Positions 62,241 through 64,000 of a stretch of 64,000 nt of DNA are shown in pieces. The stretch comes from Octopus sinensis. Taxonomy: Eukaryota. The notes below the pieces were generated by a model that searched no databases, was not told the DNA's origin, and saw only the letters and a program-made list of their open reading frames with translations. Both the position numbers and the translations under genes were made by a program. The first letter of the stretch is position 1. The number at the start of each line of letters is the position of its first letter. The stretch is taken from assembly GCF_006345805.1 (NCBI RefSeq), contig NC_043011.1:36158464-36222463 (forward strand). Reading direction: 5' to 3'.

Positions 62241-64000
62241 GAATACTTTATATTTCTGTAGGTGGTTGCTTAAGAAGTGAAGTAATAAAATCTGTTTCTT
62301 CTTTGGGATATTGTAGCTTTGCTTGAATTCCAAGTAGTTGAATTGCAGGTTTGCAATCAACATGTTGGTGGATTGATATGGTGAATGACTTAATTAAACA
62401 TTACACTCTACACCGAGAAGAAAAGATATGGAAGAGAAGAATCAGAAGTGTCAAATGAATGAGCAGGCGGATGTTAGAAGAGACCTTTGTTAACAGAATA
62501 TAACTTAAAGAGAATTCTTATATAAATGAAGATTGTAGTGATCTACAAAAGTGTGATGGACAGAGCTTCTCTGGGGAGCAGAGTACTTCTTGGTGAGAAT
62601 TGTGTTGATAAGATGATTCACAACAAATGTACACAAACAAGCAGGGAAGTAAAGTACATTTCAGAATGCAGAAAAGACTACTGGGAAGTATTTGCTGAAA
62701 AATGTTTACATAGACCAAATTTATCTTGGATGATATGAAGATTTATGGTAAGTAGTAGGGAAACTTGACATTTGCCAGAGGCTGGCCATTTTCAGGTAAC
62801 TAATTTAATCTGATATGAAGAATTTGTGTAGCAAGATAAAGATCATGGGAATAAAAAAAAAAATAAAAATAATAATAATAATAAATAAATAAAGATAATA
62901 CTGATCGAGAGAACAACCAGAAAAATACAAATGATCAAAGTTATGGAATAAAATCTTATCAATAAGTGTAATTCCCTTATAGCAGATATCAGATTCTAAT
63001 AAGATATATCTTCAAAGGTTACACACATCAAGTGATCTTACAAAAAGATGGAAGCATAATTCAAGACAGACTCTACATATTATGGAGAACAACATATATC
63101 AAATAGAAAAGAAATATATTTATCCAAAGAATGCGAATGCATGTTAAAGAAGTTCTAATGAAACTTCTAAACAGCTTTTGTTGAGGTATTACAGAAATTG
63201 ATGTATTGTAAAGGAAAGTAGCCAATATTTCAAGTGTGTTTGTGTATATATGTGAAATATATATAATCAGATATATTCATATATATATACAAACTGATAA
63301 AAGTAGATACTAGGTTATTGCTTTACACAGGTCTCTGTGTCTTTTGAACATGGCCTCTACTTGTATTCATGTACTTAGAGAAAGCTCTAAAAAAAAAAAA
63401 ACTGATGTGCTACTTGTAAAAGCTTACCACTTCTTACTTGTTTGAGTGTGAAATAGAAGGTGTGAGAGAAAGAAGAAAAGGAAGTGGAACGAACTAGAAA
63501 GGGAAGAAGAGAAAGAGAAAGATTTTTGGGGAAAAGGTGAGCAGTTGAGAGAAAGAGAGATGTAATGGTGCTGGTGTGTGAGAGAAAGAGAAAGGGAAAC
63601 TTAGTGAGTGAGTGAAAGAGGGCAGTGGCTGAATGTACAACTGACAGATGTTTATGTATAATAGAGAAAGACAAGAATAATAAAGAGGAAGCAGAACTGC
63701 ACGAGTGTAATAAAATAATAGGAAGCAATCCTAAATACTGTAAAACCTTAAACCAAAAGACCTAATTGATCAACTTTGACTGGACTGATACAGGAACCAT
63801 CTTTGACCCCCTGCAGTATATAAGACACAATACATCTCTCAGCTGTAAATCAAAGTACTTCCTGCATTCTATATTCTTGAGGATAAGTCAGTAAATAAAA
63901 CCGGCAATCCAGAACATGAGAAGTCTAGGCTTTGGTCTGTGTCAGCGAAAGTAAAATTAGAAATAGGCAATATCATGAGAGGTTAAAAAAAAAAGAAAAA

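Overview
AT-rich, repeat-saturated eukaryotic DNA. It is most likely octopus (coleoid cephalopod) intronic or intergenic sequence, inferred from the SINE families and microsatellite density. Nearly all ORFs in the track are microsatellite artefacts. Supportable content: dozens of copies of four or five SINE/retroposon families; decayed LINEs (three R4/Dong-type pieces in (TAA)n tracts, RTE 3' and 5' pieces, a Penelope-like RT fossil); mariner/Tc1, piggyBac-type, Helitron and Helentron-type non-autonomous elements; a 3.2-kb 53-bp satellite with higher-order structure; and two phase-compatible minus-strand candidate exons of an unidentified host gene, one ending in a GC donor. The most interesting signal is a set of short non-coding elements inserted in (TA)n tracts with direct and fold-back terminal repeats. 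Three of them carry type I hammerhead ribozyme motifs with complete cores on the minus strand (26180-26242, 27810-27910, 55586-55628). They look like a Penelope-dependent, retrozyme-like non-autonomous system. Repeat boundaries were read by eye and are approximate.
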